From assembly GCA_050287845.1 (NCBI GenBank), contig JBNKCR010000037.1:1-21674 (forward strand): a DNA stretch of 21,674 nt. Reading direction: 5' to 3'. The position numbers were made by a program, and so were the translations under genes. The DNA is from Polyangia bacterium. Lineage in GTDB: Bacteria; Myxococcota_A; Polyangia; JAAYKL01. Positions 6,900 to 16,700 of the stretch are shown here, in pieces (the stretch's first letter is position 1; each line of letters begins with the position of its first letter). The notes beneath the pieces were generated by a model. That model was not told the origin of the DNA, searched no databases, and saw only the letters and a program-made list of their open reading frames with translations.

Positions 6900-8681
6900 A
6901 TGAACAGTTACAGAACACATACATGCGGTGAATTGAGAAAGTCGGATATTGGAAAAGAGGTTGTCCTTTCGGGTTGGCTTCACAATCGCAGAGATCATGG
7001 CGGGGTATTTTTTATTGACCTGCGCGATCATTTCGGCGTGACCCAGCTGGTGGTTCAGCCGGATGCGGCGTTCTTTGAAGAGATTACCCACCTGCAGAAA
7101 GAAAATGTCATTCGGATAAAGGGAGTGGTGGAAGAGCGGGACGCAGACACTGTGAATGATAAAATTGACACGGGCGAAGTGGAAGTGCTGGTGACATCGT
7201 ACGATATTCTTGGCCCGGCGGAACCTCTGCCGTTTGCGGTGTTTCCCGAGGATGACGTGGCGGAGGAACTGCGGCTGAAATACCGCTTTCTGGATTTGCG
7301 CCGCAGTGAGTTGCATCGGGCGATTACGCTGCGTTCGGACATCATTGCCCGGATTCGGTGGAAAATGACGGAGATGGGATTCACCGAATACCAGACCCCC
7401 ATTCTGACGTCGTCCAGTCCCGAGGGCGCCCGGGATTTTCTGGTGCCTTCCAGGTTGCATCCAGGGGCGTTTTACGCGCTGCCCCAGGCGCCGCAGCAGT
7501 TCAAGCAGTTGCTGATGGTGGCCGGGTTTGACCGCTACTTTCAGATTGCGCCGTGCTTCCGGGATGAGGACGCCCGGGCCAATCGATCTCCCGGTGAATT
7601 TTATCAGGTGGATGTGGAGATGTCGTTTGTGGAACAGGACGAGATCTTCAAGGTGATTGAAGATCTGTTTGTGGATGTGTTCACTGCGTTTTCGGATAAA
7701 AAAATCGACACTGCGCCGTTTGTCCGGATTCCCTACGCGGAAGCCATGCTCAAGTATGGCAACGATAAACCCGATTTGCGAAACCCGATTGTGATTCGCG
7801 AGATGACCGATTTGTTTGACGGCTCCGGATTTTCGATTTTCGCCAATCAGATTAAGAAAGGCGCCATTGTGCGGGCGCTTCCCGTTAAAGGGGTGGCGGA
7901 CAATCCGAAGAAGTTTTTCAACGGCATGATTGACTGGGCCACCAGTGATGAAGTGGGCGCCGGCGGTCTGGCCTATCTGATTTGGAAAGACGGTGAAATC
8001 CGCGGTCCCATTGCCAAGGTGCTTTCGGCAGAGGAACTCAATGAGATTGCCACCCGCTGTGAAGTGGGCGAGGGCGATGTGGTATTCTTTGTGTGCGACC
8101 AGAAAAAGAAGGCGGTGAGCATTGCCTCGAAAGTGCGCAACCGGCTGGGCGATGAACTGAATCTGATGAGTCCGGATGAGTTCCGGTTCTGCTGGATTGT
8201 GGATTATCCCATGTTCGAGGAGAACGAGGACACGGGTAAAATTGAATTTTCTCATAATCCGTTCAGCATGCCCCAGGGCGGCATGGCCGCGCTGGAGAGC
8301 GGGGACCCGCTGTCGGTGCTGGCGTACCAGTATGACATTGTGTGCAATGGCGAGGAACTTTCCAGTGGCGCTATTCGAAATCACCGCGCGGATATTATGT
8401 ATCGGGCGTTTGAAATCGGCGGATACTCCCGGGAAGAGGTGGATGAGAAGTTTGGCGGCATGATTAACGCGCTCAAGCTTGGGGCGCCGCCCCACGGTGG
8501 TATTGCGCCGGGGTTGGATCGTCTGGTGATGCTGGTGGCCGGGAAAGACAATCTGCGGGAGGTGGTGGCGTTTCCGATGAACCAGCGCGCGCAGGATTTA
8601 ATGATGGGCGCCCCCAGACCCGTTTCGGAACGGCAACTGCTGGAGCTTTCGATTCGGCACGAGCTGCCGGACGAGGAGTAG
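6900..8681 (+). CDS. aspS: Aspartate--tRNA ligase, probably non-discriminating (Asp/Asn)
   Basis: YRTHTCGEL, RRDHGGVFFIDLRD, RLKYRFLDLRR, PEGARDFLVPSR, FYALPQAPQQFKQLLM, GAPPHGGIAPGLDR. His in RDHGG and co-location with gatCAB suggest the non-discriminating type. Confidence 0.97.
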   Translation: MNSYRTHTCGELRKSDIGKEVVLSGWLHNRRDHGGVFFIDLRDHFGVTQLVVQPDAAFFEEITHLQKENVIRIKGVVEERDADTVNDKIDTGEVEVLVTSYDILGPAEPLPFAVFPEDDVAEELRLKYRFLDLRRSELHRAITLRSDIIARIRWKMTEMGFTEYQTPILTSSSPEGARDFLVPSRLHPGAFYALPQAPQQFKQLLMVAGFDRYFQIAPCFRDEDARANRSPGEFYQVDVEMSFVEQDEIFKVIEDLFVDVFTAFSDKKIDTAPFVRIPYAEAMLKYGNDKPDLRNPIVIREMTDLFDGSGFSIFANQIKKGAIVRALPVKGVADNPKKFFNGMIDWATSDEVGAGGLAYLIWKDGEIRGPIAKVLSAEELNEIATRCEVGEGDVVFFVCDQKKKAVSIASKVRNRLGDELNLMSPDEFRFCWIVDYPMFEENEDTGKIEFSHNPFSMPQGGMAALESGDPLSVLAYQYDIVCNGEELSSGAIRNHRADIMYRAFEIGGYSREEVDEKFGGMINALKLGAPPHGGIAPGLDRLVMLVAGKDNLREVVAFPMNQRAQDLMMGAPRPVSERQLLELSIRHELPDEE

Positions 8682-8685
8682 CGGA

Positions 8686-8749
8686 CAGGGCAACCACGGG
8701 GAGTTGCCGGCAACATTGATTCAGGGCAACCACGGGGAGTTGCCCCTGC
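8686..8749 (-). repeat. REP-like tandem pair: two identical 23-bp copies CAGGGCAACCACGGGGAGTTGCC
   Basis: Copies at 8686-8708 and 8722-8744 with internal GGCAAC...GTTGCC symmetry. On the - strand the second copy reads GCAGGGGCAACTCCCCGTGGTTGCCC, a GTAG-REP-like sequence. Confidence 0.75.
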
Positions 8750-8799
8750 AATATTGAAGTCGCAAAAAAGGACCGGTGCCCGGTGAAAGATAGGAACTT

Positions 8800-11793
8800 A
8801 TGAAAGCGATTGTAAAAAAAATATTCGGGACTGCGCACGCGCGCAAGATGAAAAAAATCCGTCCGCAGATTGAGGCAATCAGTTTGTTTGAAGGGCGGAT
8901 GAAATCGTTGACGGATACGCAACTCAAGGGGCAGACCGCGAAGTTCAAACAGATGCTCGACAATGGCGCCGGTCTGAATGAAATATTGCCTGAAGCTTTC
9001 GCCACCGTCCGGGAAGCGTCTGTCCGGGTGCTGGGTATCCGACCGTTTGATGTGCAGTTCATCGGCGGTGTGACGCTGCATAACGGTGAAATCGCGGAAA
9101 TGAAAACCGGTGAGGGCAAGACTTTGGTGGCAGTGCCCCCCGCGTATCTGAATGCGCTGGGAGGCAAGGGCGTTCATGTGGTGACGGTGAACGACTATCT
9201 GGCCAAACGCGACGCGGAATGGATGGGGCAGATTTATAATTTCCTCGATGTGTCGGTGGGCAGTACGTTGCACGGGCAGGGACGTCGGGAAAAGCAGGCG
9301 GCGTATCGCGCGGATATTACCTATGGTCAGAACAACGAGTTCGGGTTTGATTATCTGCGGGATAACATGAAGTTCAGCATTTACGATTATGTTCAGCGGC
9401 CGCTCAATTTTGCCATTATCGATGAGGTGGACTCCATTCTGATTGACGAGGCCAGGACACCGCTGATTATTTCCGGTGAGCCGGAGAAATCCAGTGATTT
9501 GTATGTGCAGGTCAATGCGGTGATTCCCCGGCTGCGCAAAGAGACCGACTTTATTGTGGATGAAAAGGGCCATTCGGTGACCCTGACTGAAGAAGGTGTG
9601 GATCGGGTGGAGAGCGCGCTGCAGATTGGCAATCTTTTTGAACCGGAGAACATTGATTATCTTCATCACGTGAATCAGGCCCTCAAAGCGCACAATCTGT
9701 ACAAGCGCGAAGTGAACTACATGGTCACCGAGGACGAGAAGATTGTCATCATTGACGAGTTCACGGGACGTACCATGCCGGGACGTCGCTGGTCGGATGG
9801 GTTGCACCAGGCGGTGGAAGCCAAGGAAAATGTGCCGATTCTCGAAGAGAACCGCACCATGGCGACCATTTCGTTTCAGAATCTCTTCCGTCTGTACAAC
9901 AAGCTGGCGGGGATGACTGGAACGGCGGAAACCGAAGCCGAAGAGTTCATGAAGACGTACAAGCTGGATGTGACGGTGATTCCCACCAACTGGCCCTGTG
10001 TGCGCGATGATATGCAGGATGTGATTTACAAGTCGGAGCGGGAGAAGTTCACCGCCATTGTGGGGGAGATTCTGGAATGCCAGGAAAAGGGACAGCCGGC
10101 GTTGGTGGGTACGGCCAGCGTGGAGAAATCCGAGGCGATTCACCGGATTCTGGAGCGCAAGGGGATTCAGCATCATGTGTTGAACGCCAAGCAGCACGAA
10201 AGTGAAGCGTATGTGGTGGCGCAGGCCGGACGAAAGGGGTCGGTGACCGTGGCGACCAATATGGCTGGCCGTGGTACGGATATTATTCTGGGCGGCAACG
10301 CCGAGATGATGGCGAAGGGGCGAATTGATCCGGACGAAGATCCGGCGGGGTATCGCAAGCTGGTGGCGGAGTACAAGCGCCAGTGCGAGCTGGAACGGGC
10401 CGAGGTGCTTGCTGCCGGGGGCATGCATATTATCGGTACGGAGCGACATGAGGCCCGGCGAATTGACAATCAGCTTCGCGGTCGTGCGGGACGTCAGGGC
10501 GATCCGGGTTCTTCCCGCTTCTTTCTGTCGCTGGAGGACGATCTGTTGCGGATTTTCGGGGCGGAGCGGCTGGCCACTATCATGACCCGTCTGGGCATGG
10601 AAGATGGCGTGCCCATTGAACATAAAATGGTGACCCGCTCCATTGAGAATGCCCAGAAGAAGGTGGAGAACAGCAACTTCAATACCCGGAAACATCTGCT
10701 GGAATATGACGATGTGATGAACCAGCAGCGAAAAACCATTTACGCGTTGAGACGACAGGTGCTGGAAGGCAAGTACATGACCGAGGTGGGACTGGCGGAA
10801 GTGAAGTCTGCCGGCGAAGATCAGCTGCGCGAAATGGTGCCGGTGGAAACGCCCGAAGAACAGGTGAAAGAGTTTCGGGAGATTCTGAAGCAGACGCTGG
10901 AGCGCATTATTATTGTGCACAGTCAGCTTACGCCGCCCCCGCCTCCCGGCCCGGATGGACAGTTGCCGGAACCCACGTTTGCACATATCGTAAAACCGTT
11001 CCCGGAGCGTATTGAGCAGCAGGTGTACGCATTTTATGGCTACAAACCGGTTTTGTCCGATTCGATGTCACCGCAGGAAATTCTGGACGTATTGCTGAAG
11101 GAAGTGCCGGAAAGCCAGGCGGCTCAGCGGGAGAGACTGTTGGATGACTGCGACGAACTGGTGGGCACGCTGGTGGATACCCACGCATCGGGGAAGAGTG
11201 AAGACAGCTGGTCACTGGATGAGCTGGGACACGCGGTCAAGGGCGTATTTGGATTTGAACCTGCGGGTCTGGCGGAAGCGCCGAGTCCCGACGACATGCT
11301 AAAACGCATCTATGATCAGGTGGAAGAAATCATCGCCAGAAGAGAAAAGGCGATGGGGAAGGATGTGCTGATTACGGCTTTCCGCCATTTTTATCTGAGG
11401 CAGATTGATAAACAGTGGATTGATCATCTGGCTGGCATGGAACACCTGCGTTCGGGAATTGGACTTCGAGGCTACGGTAACCGGGATCCGAAGCAGGAAT
11501 ACAAAAAGGAAGGCTACGACATGTTCACCGAAATGATGTCGAACATCAAGTCGAACGTGCTTGAGAATACCTTCCATGTGGCCATTGAGAGCAAGGAAGA
11601 CGCCCAGCGAATCAGCATGCCGCGTCAGAACAAACGAACGGTTGAAGGACGAGGCGGCGAGGGGGGGGCTCCCCGGGAGAAACCCCAGAAGCCTCAGACC
11701 GTGAAGCGCGAGCAACCCAAAGTGGGGCGCAACGATCCGTGCCCCTGCGGTTCCGGTAAGAAGTACAAGAAGTGCTGCGGTCAGAACTCCTGA
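8800..11793 (+). CDS. secA: Preprotein translocase ATPase SecA
   Basis: [11 protein letters not shown] (Walker A), [57 protein letters not shown] and C-terminal SEC-C motif [18 protein letters not shown]. Confidence 0.98.
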   Translation: MKAIVKKIFGTAHARKMKKIRPQIEAISLFEGRMKSLTDTQLKGQTAKFKQMLDNGAGLNEILPEAFATVREASVRVLGIRPFDVQFIGGVTLHNGEIAEMKTGEGKTLVAVPPAYLNALGGKGVHVVTVNDYLAKRDAEWMGQIYNFLDVSVGSTLHGQGRREKQAAYRADITYGQNNEFGFDYLRDNMKFSIYDYVQRPLNFAIIDEVDSILIDEARTPLIISGEPEKSSDLYVQVNAVIPRLRKETDFIVDEKGHSVTLTEEGVDRVESALQIGNLFEPENIDYLHHVNQALKAHNLYKREVNYMVTEDEKIVIIDEFTGRTMPGRRWSDGLHQAVEAKENVPILEENRTMATISFQNLFRLYNKLAGMTGTAETEAEEFMKTYKLDVTVIPTNWPCVRDDMQDVIYKSEREKFTAIVGEILECQEKGQPALVGTASVEKSEAIHRILERKGIQHHVLNAKQHESEAYVVAQAGRKGSVTVATNMAGRGTDIILGGNAEMMAKGRIDPDEDPAGYRKLVAEYKRQCELERAEVLAAGGMHIIGTERHEARRIDNQLRGRAGRQGDPGSSRFFLSLEDDLLRIFGAERLATIMTRLGMEDGVPIEHKMVTRSIENAQKKVENSNFNTRKHLLEYDDVMNQQRKTIYALRRQVLEGKYMTEVGLAEVKSAGEDQLREMVPVETPEEQVKEFREILKQTLERIIIVHSQLTPPPPPGPDGQLPEPTFAHIVKPFPERIEQQVYAFYGYKPVLSDSMSPQEILDVLLKEVPESQAAQRERLLDDCDELVGTLVDTHASGKSEDSWSLDELGHAVKGVFGFEPAGLAEAPSPDDMLKRIYDQVEEIIARREKAMGKDVLITAFRHFYLRQIDKQWIDHLAGMEHLRSGIGLRGYGNRDPKQEYKKEGYDMFTEMMSNIKSNVLENTFHVAIESKEDAQRISMPRQNKRTVEGRGGEGGAPREKPQKPQTVKREQPKVGRNDPCPCGSGKKYKKCCGQNS

Positions 11794-11861
11794 TTTCACG
11801 GAAATCATTCATCGGAAAGAGATCTGTTCGTTACAGAGACGGTTTTGTTCGTCCTGGAGAT

Positions 11862-13148
11862 ATGGCGCGTTGCGTCTCTTTGCCCAGTATCTGCGTGCCA
11901 TCCGGGATCGTTGTTTTCTGCCTTATCGGGCTGGTGCTGGGGGGGTGTTCCGCCAGGTCGCCGGTTGGAACGGAAGACGCAGCTGATATTTCAGATATGA
12001 GCGAAGAAACGGAATCGAGTGGCCGGACCGAGGCGAATGAGCCCGAGAATTCTTTGCTACCCGCTGAAACCTACGGCCCACAGGCAGACGAGCCTTTGAA
12101 TGTGTCAGAGTCTGAACTCTGGCAACAGATAGTGAACGTGATTGGAACCCGTTGCCAGCTGGATGGTGCACTGGTGCGGGCGGCCAGGAAACACGCGTCG
12201 GACGTCACTGCCCAACCCGGCATGACATCGAATGCCGGCGGTATTGATTATCTCCGGTTTGCCCTGCGATACTATGGCAACCCTGATTATCTGGTTTCTC
12301 CGGTGGTATTTGATTTGAATCACCGGGACGGCACGCAGGCGCTGCTGCGAACCCTGGGAAGCCGACGGGCCGGGGAGTGGACCCATTGCGGCATTGGCAT
12401 TGCGAACGGGCGCGAAAGCGTTACGGCGGTATTCGTGGCCGTCACCCGTCTGGTGTCACTCAGTGCCTTTTCTTCCCGGGTGGCGCCCGGCCATCTGCTG
12501 AGGATTCACGGTACCCTGGACGCACGGGATGCCACTGAAGTGGAGGCGTTCGTGGAAGCACCGGACGGGCAGGTCACGCAGTTGAAAACATATCTGATGG
12601 GAAAACGGCAGTTCAAAGTGAGTGTGCCCATCGGTGAGACCGGGAAATACAAGCTGGAGTTTCAGGTCTCCACCCGGTCGGGGCCGGAGACCGCCGTGTT
12701 GCTTCCCCTCTACGCGGGCGTCGATGTGCCACGGCGACCATCGATATTTCCCGATGCCAGAGAGCCGGAGGCGAATCCGTTGCAGCAGATGACCCGTCTC
12801 ATCAACCGGGTGCGGGAAAATCACGGGCTGCGGCCGCTGGTTCGCGATCTCAGACTGGACGCCGTCGCTCAGCGTCATTGCGAAGATATGGCCAACTCCG
12901 CCACGTTCGGTCACTACTCGACCCACAGCGGCATGCTGGAAGACCGATTGCAGGCAAAGGGGCTATTTCCCCGGGCGACTGCTGAGAATATCGCACAGAG
13001 CAACAGCGTGGTCCGGGTTCACCACAATCTGATGCAGAGTCCATCTCACAAAATAAAGGTCCTCACATCGGAATTCACCCACCTCGGTCTGGGCATCGTC
13101 TCCCGCGATGGCATCACCACCGTTACTCAGATTTTTGCCGCCTGGTAA
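11862..13148 (+). CDS. CAP (SCP/Tpx-1/Ag5/PR-1) domain putative lipoprotein
   Basis: Lipobox-like LVLGGC. C-terminal CAP motifs LINRVRENHGLRPL, LDAVAQRHCEDMA, AENIA, LMQSPSH, FTHLGLG, plus a degenerate N-terminal CAP-like repeat. ATG 11862 follows GGAGA. Confidence 0.85.
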   Translation: MARCVSLPSICVPSGIVVFCLIGLVLGGCSARSPVGTEDAADISDMSEETESSGRTEANEPENSLLPAETYGPQADEPLNVSESELWQQIVNVIGTRCQLDGALVRAARKHASDVTAQPGMTSNAGGIDYLRFALRYYGNPDYLVSPVVFDLNHRDGTQALLRTLGSRRAGEWTHCGIGIANGRESVTAVFVAVTRLVSLSAFSSRVAPGHLLRIHGTLDARDATEVEAFVEAPDGQVTQLKTYLMGKRQFKVSVPIGETGKYKLEFQVSTRSGPETAVLLPLYAGVDVPRRPSIFPDAREPEANPLQQMTRLINRVRENHGLRPLVRDLRLDAVAQRHCEDMANSATFGHYSTHSGMLEDRLQAKGLFPRATAENIAQSNSVVRVHHNLMQSPSHKIKVLTSEFTHLGLGIVSRDGITTVTQIFAAW

Positions 13149-13155
13149 TTGTTTA

Positions 13156-13249
13156 CCCTGATGTTGCAAAAAGCCGATGGCTGAAACCGCGCAGCCACAA
13201 TTGGCGCACCCTTACGCGTTTCATTTCATCATTTTTTACAACATCAGGG
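13156..13249. mobile_element. MITE-like element (94 bp) with 17-bp terminal inverted repeats and a 4-bp TTTA duplication
   Basis: Left CCCTGATGTTGCAAAAA (13156-13172); right TTTTTACAACATCAGGG (13233-13249), a 16/17 inverted match. TTTA flanks both sides (13152-13155 and 13250-13253). Confidence 0.65.
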
Positions 13250-13344
13250 TTTAACCGTTTGGGGTTGCCGGGTTTTCTGCAGGGACGAACCCACGTGTGC
13301 ATCGTGGAATCAGTGGGGAGAAGCGGATGAAGACTGGTGTGTCC

Positions 13345-15426
13345 CTACTCGACGTGGATGATCTGTTTTTTGCAATCCAGAGTGCATTCGTCATCGGCGA
13401 TGCTGTTGCCGTCGTCGCATTCTTCACCGTGTTTGGCCTGAACCACGCCATCTCCGCAGCGAATATCCAGTCGGCATTCCGGTGTGCATTTGCCGTAGCC
13501 GCCCTCGTTGTCGCCATCATCGCACTGCTCGCCGAAAAGACTGTTGAGCACGCCGTCGCCGCACCATGCACCTTCCTTGCAGCCGGGAGCGCAGCCGGGT
13601 TCGCCGGTGGTGGAATACACGGTGAGGTTAATCCCGTCATCGCAGGTTTCGCCACCCTCTTTCTGAACTTCGCCATCTCCGCAACGGGGTCCCCGGGTAC
13701 AGTCCGGCATGCATGACCCGTAGCTGCCGTCATTCACTTTGTCGTCGCAGGTTTCATCGCCTGTTACGATGCCATCGCCGCATTCCGGCTCACATTGGCT
13801 CTCGATGGTGGTGAATCCGGACAGGGTCAGATTGTAGCGGGACGCAGCGCTGTGTCGCTCTGCATGGAAGAGAACGATTTCGTAAATTTTTCCGATTTCA
13901 AGGTCCAGTTCATCGGCGGCATCCTCATCCAGGGGCAAATTGATGATTTGACTCGGATGAAGTCCGCCAATATCCACCGCCAGTCGGTTGTTGATAAACA
14001 CCCACACATCGTCATCGCCCCGGAACTCCAGGAATTCGTTGCCCGCGTATTTGAACCAGTATCGCAGTTCGCTGGTGAACCCGAAGTTGTGGCCCTCCAG
14101 CGTATCTTCCATCCCCGCTTCCACCCAGCCTGCATCATCCAGGGGATAGAATTCGTCGCTCTCAAAATAGTAGGTGTCATCGAGCTGCTTGTACAGAGAC
14201 AGTCGGGAAATTACGGTTTTATTCACCTCCGGCACATCCCGGTACCACTGGTTGAAGTCCTCCTCCGAAGTGGTCTGCGCATCGTAGGGGCAATCCACCG
14301 GAGAGGAGAGGTTTCCCAGTTCGCACAGGCCCGTGTAAACCATCTTGCCGTCGTCGCCGAGAGTGTCCTCCGCCAATCCCGGAGTGGCCACGCTGCCACT
14401 GTAAATTTCGAAATCGGGATGCCGCTGTGCACCTGGAACGGGAAGTGCAATGAAATCCCGGTAGGTAATCGGCACATCCAGCACGTCTGCCAGAACGGAT
14501 TCCTGATTGTCGCAGGCAAATCCCGGTTCCTTCTTGCATTCGTCGCTGCAGCCGTCATTATTCTGAAGATTGCCGTCGTCGCATTCTTCGTCGTCACCCG
14601 GCAATATGAATCCATCGCCGCAGGCCGAAACGCAGGCGCCTTCGGAGCAATCGGGTTCCTTCTCGCAGAACGGGGTGCATCCATCGCCAATCACCAGGTT
14701 GCCGTCATCACAGGGTTCATCGCCTTCTTTGACGCCATCGTTGCACACGGTTTCATGACAGGGCTCCGCCGGACTGTCACAAGCCCAGCCGGATTCCTCA
14801 CGGCAGCTTTCCGAACAGCCGTCACCGCCCCTGCTGTTGCCGTCGTCGCATTCTTCCTTCCCGACGATGATGCCGTCACCGCATTCGGCGGCAATACAGT
14901 TTTCGCCGATGTCGGGGCATTGCCATCCTTTTTCCAGCCGGCATGTTTTGGAGCAGCCATCTCCCGCGGTGGTATTGGAGTCATCACAGGTTTCGTCACC
15001 GGCGACCTTGCCATCCCCGCACACAATGATGTTCACACAGGGTTCGCCGGGGACGGAGCACACAAAACCATCCTCGATGGCGCTGCAGTCGGCCGAGCAA
15101 CCGTCCTGGGAGGAAATGTTCCCATCGTCGCATACTTCGGCAGACTCGGCGTCGATGACGCCGTTGCCGCAGCCCGTGGTGTCAATCTCCAGCGGTGTGG
15201 TGTCCGTATCCGACCCGGTTTCCCCGGTGTCGTCTGCTGAATCGGTTGGGGAATCGCCGGGTACGTTGTCATCGGTGCCAGATGACGTTTCGTTTTCAGG
15301 GTCATCGCTTTCCCCTTGCTCAATCGGCGAAGAATCGTCGTTTGTCGCTGCGTCCGAAGAAGAACACCCAGCGCCGACTGACAATGCGATTGCAATAAAT
15401 AACGCCAATAATTGTTTCGTGTACAT
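13345..15426 (-). CDS. Lipoprotein with Myxococcus-type Cys-rich repeats (DUF4215-like) and a fibro-slime/PA14-like domain
   Basis: Lipobox VGAGC, repeated CGDG..E.CDDGN..DGC..C units, and fibro-slime motifs HPDFE, FNQWY, HNFGFTSE, FRGDDDVWVFIN, LFHAERH. SD GGAGG precedes the ATG. Confidence 0.9.
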   Translation of the reverse strand: MYTKQLLALFIAIALSVGAGCSSSDAATNDDSSPIEQGESDDPENETSSGTDDNVPGDSPTDSADDTGETGSDTDTTPLEIDTTGCGNGVIDAESAEVCDDGNISSQDGCSADCSAIEDGFVCSVPGEPCVNIIVCGDGKVAGDETCDDSNTTAGDGCSKTCRLEKGWQCPDIGENCIAAECGDGIIVGKEECDDGNSRGGDGCSESCREESGWACDSPAEPCHETVCNDGVKEGDEPCDDGNLVIGDGCTPFCEKEPDCSEGACVSACGDGFILPGDDEECDDGNLQNNDGCSDECKKEPGFACDNQESVLADVLDVPITYRDFIALPVPGAQRHPDFEIYSGSVATPGLAEDTLGDDGKMVYTGLCELGNLSSPVDCPYDAQTTSEEDFNQWYRDVPEVNKTVISRLSLYKQLDDTYYFESDEFYPLDDAGWVEAGMEDTLEGHNFGFTSELRYWFKYAGNEFLEFRGDDDVWVFINNRLAVDIGGLHPSQIINLPLDEDAADELDLEIGKIYEIVLFHAERHSAASRYNLTLSGFTTIESQCEPECGDGIVTGDETCDDKVNDGSYGSCMPDCTRGPRCGDGEVQKEGGETCDDGINLTVYSTTGEPGCAPGCKEGAWCGDGVLNSLFGEQCDDGDNEGGYGKCTPECRLDIRCGDGVVQAKHGEECDDGNSIADDECTLDCKKQIIHVE

Positions 15427-15755
15427 GAACTGTGCCTCCAGGAATAAACCAACGGGTCGGGCAAGCAGTGTTGCCGTTGTATTAGTTAGCCCAACTTACC
15501 TTTTTTTATGGTTTTGAAAAGGTTGATCTTGAATTCTTACTCGGAGCTTCTGTTATTTATGTACAATTTTCATGTTGTTCGCTTTGTTCGGCCTCCTGAC
15601 TGGGGTATTTCAACATCGGCGACTATTGATTCGGATGCCTTCGGATGCGCGACGCGGCACCGAAGGTGGGTTTGGGGTGCTGCCGGAATAGACGTCTGGA
15701 AAGGTGCGTTCAAATGGTGAAACACCGTGAACCTGCCAACGAGGGAGATTGAGCC

Positions 15756-16430
15756 ATGAAAAAGAAAATATTTGCATTAATTGCCGGGACAACCCTGCTG
15801 GTCGTCGGACTGCTGGTAATCGAACTGTCGGTTGTCGGTTGCAGTGAGAATGACTTCAATGACACTGTGGGTGCAAATCAGTCTGAGAGAAGCGCTTCCC
15901 GAAAGATGGAGGCGTTCCCCGTGCAAAAGGCAGTCGTTGCCCCGGAAGTGCCGGATGCGATACCGGATGCCGCTGGCAACAACGGTGAGGAAGAAATGGT
16001 CATTGACGAATCCGATGTTGAACAGAATGACACATCTGCAGAAAATGAAAAATCCATGAAAGGCTCAGAGGCGCCGCAGATTGTGGAGACAGATGGCGTG
16101 ATGCTCAATTCCATCATCCTTGCCCGGGGGGTCGACAGGCGGGAACCGGTGGAACCCGGCACCCAGTTCACCATGGGAGATGGACAGAAAATTTATGTCA
16201 TCCTGGATGTGAAAAATGAAACCGGCGAAGACGCCATGCTCACGGTATCCTGGAAAATGCCGGAGAGTGACCGAGAAATCGGCAAGACCGAATTAACCGT
16301 GAAATCCGCAAAAAGCTGGCGCACATGGTCTTTCACCAGATGGGCGAAGAAAACCGGCACCTGGGAAGCCATCGTTCGCGATGCCGCAGGAGAAATCATT
16401 GCACGGGCGCCTTTTAAGATTGTGGAATGA
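15756..16430 (+). CDS. DUF2914 domain-containing membrane-anchored/secreted protein
   Basis: N-terminal hydrophobic segment, acidic linker, and C-terminal GVDRREPV...WRTWS...GTWEAIVRDAAG pattern of DUF2914. SD GAGGGAG. Confidence 0.8.
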   Translation: MKKKIFALIAGTTLLVVGLLVIELSVVGCSENDFNDTVGANQSERSASRKMEAFPVQKAVVAPEVPDAIPDAAGNNGEEEMVIDESDVEQNDTSAENEKSMKGSEAPQIVETDGVMLNSIILARGVDRREPVEPGTQFTMGDGQKIYVILDVKNETGEDAMLTVSWKMPESDREIGKTELTVKSAKSWRTWSFTRWAKKTGTWEAIVRDAAGEIIARAPFKIVE

Positions 16431-16448
16431 AAAGCGGGCTCTCTGTTC

Positions 16449-16491
16449 AGCAGAGGACGGTCGAGTTCTGTTTCATCCGCCCTCTGCTTTT
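16449..16491 (+). terminator. Candidate intrinsic terminator
   Basis: AGCAGAGG(ACGG)...(CCGC)CCTCTGCT stem followed by a short T run, downstream of the DUF2914 stop. The loop is long. Confidence 0.45.
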
Positions 16492-16700
16492 CATCGCTGT
16501 GTCTGATGGCGAATCGTATCGTTTAAAAATGCCGAAAAATTGGTGATGATGCAGATGTTCATTCTGTCAACTCATTCGATACAGGTTAAAACGGCGGCAG
16601 CGCCAGCGTTGACGGTGGTTGCGGTTCGCGGGCCAGACGCATTTTAAAATCTTCACCCCCGGTTGATTGTCACTGCAAAATTAGGACTTATATTCGTGCC

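Noticed and set aside
8686..8744. Possible mini-CRISPR array
   Set aside because: Only two repeats, a 13-bp spacer and no cas genes. The sequence fits a REP family better.
4639..10986. Long antisense ORFs (4639-5382, 5342-6550, 6639-8495, 8473-10986)
   Set aside because: They lie opposite gatA, gatB, aspS and secA and are typical stop-poor antisense frames of GC-rich genes.
13297..15517. Plus-strand ORFs 13297-13716, 13795-15240 and 14837-15517
   Set aside because: Antisense shadows of the Cys/Asp-rich fibro-slime gene.
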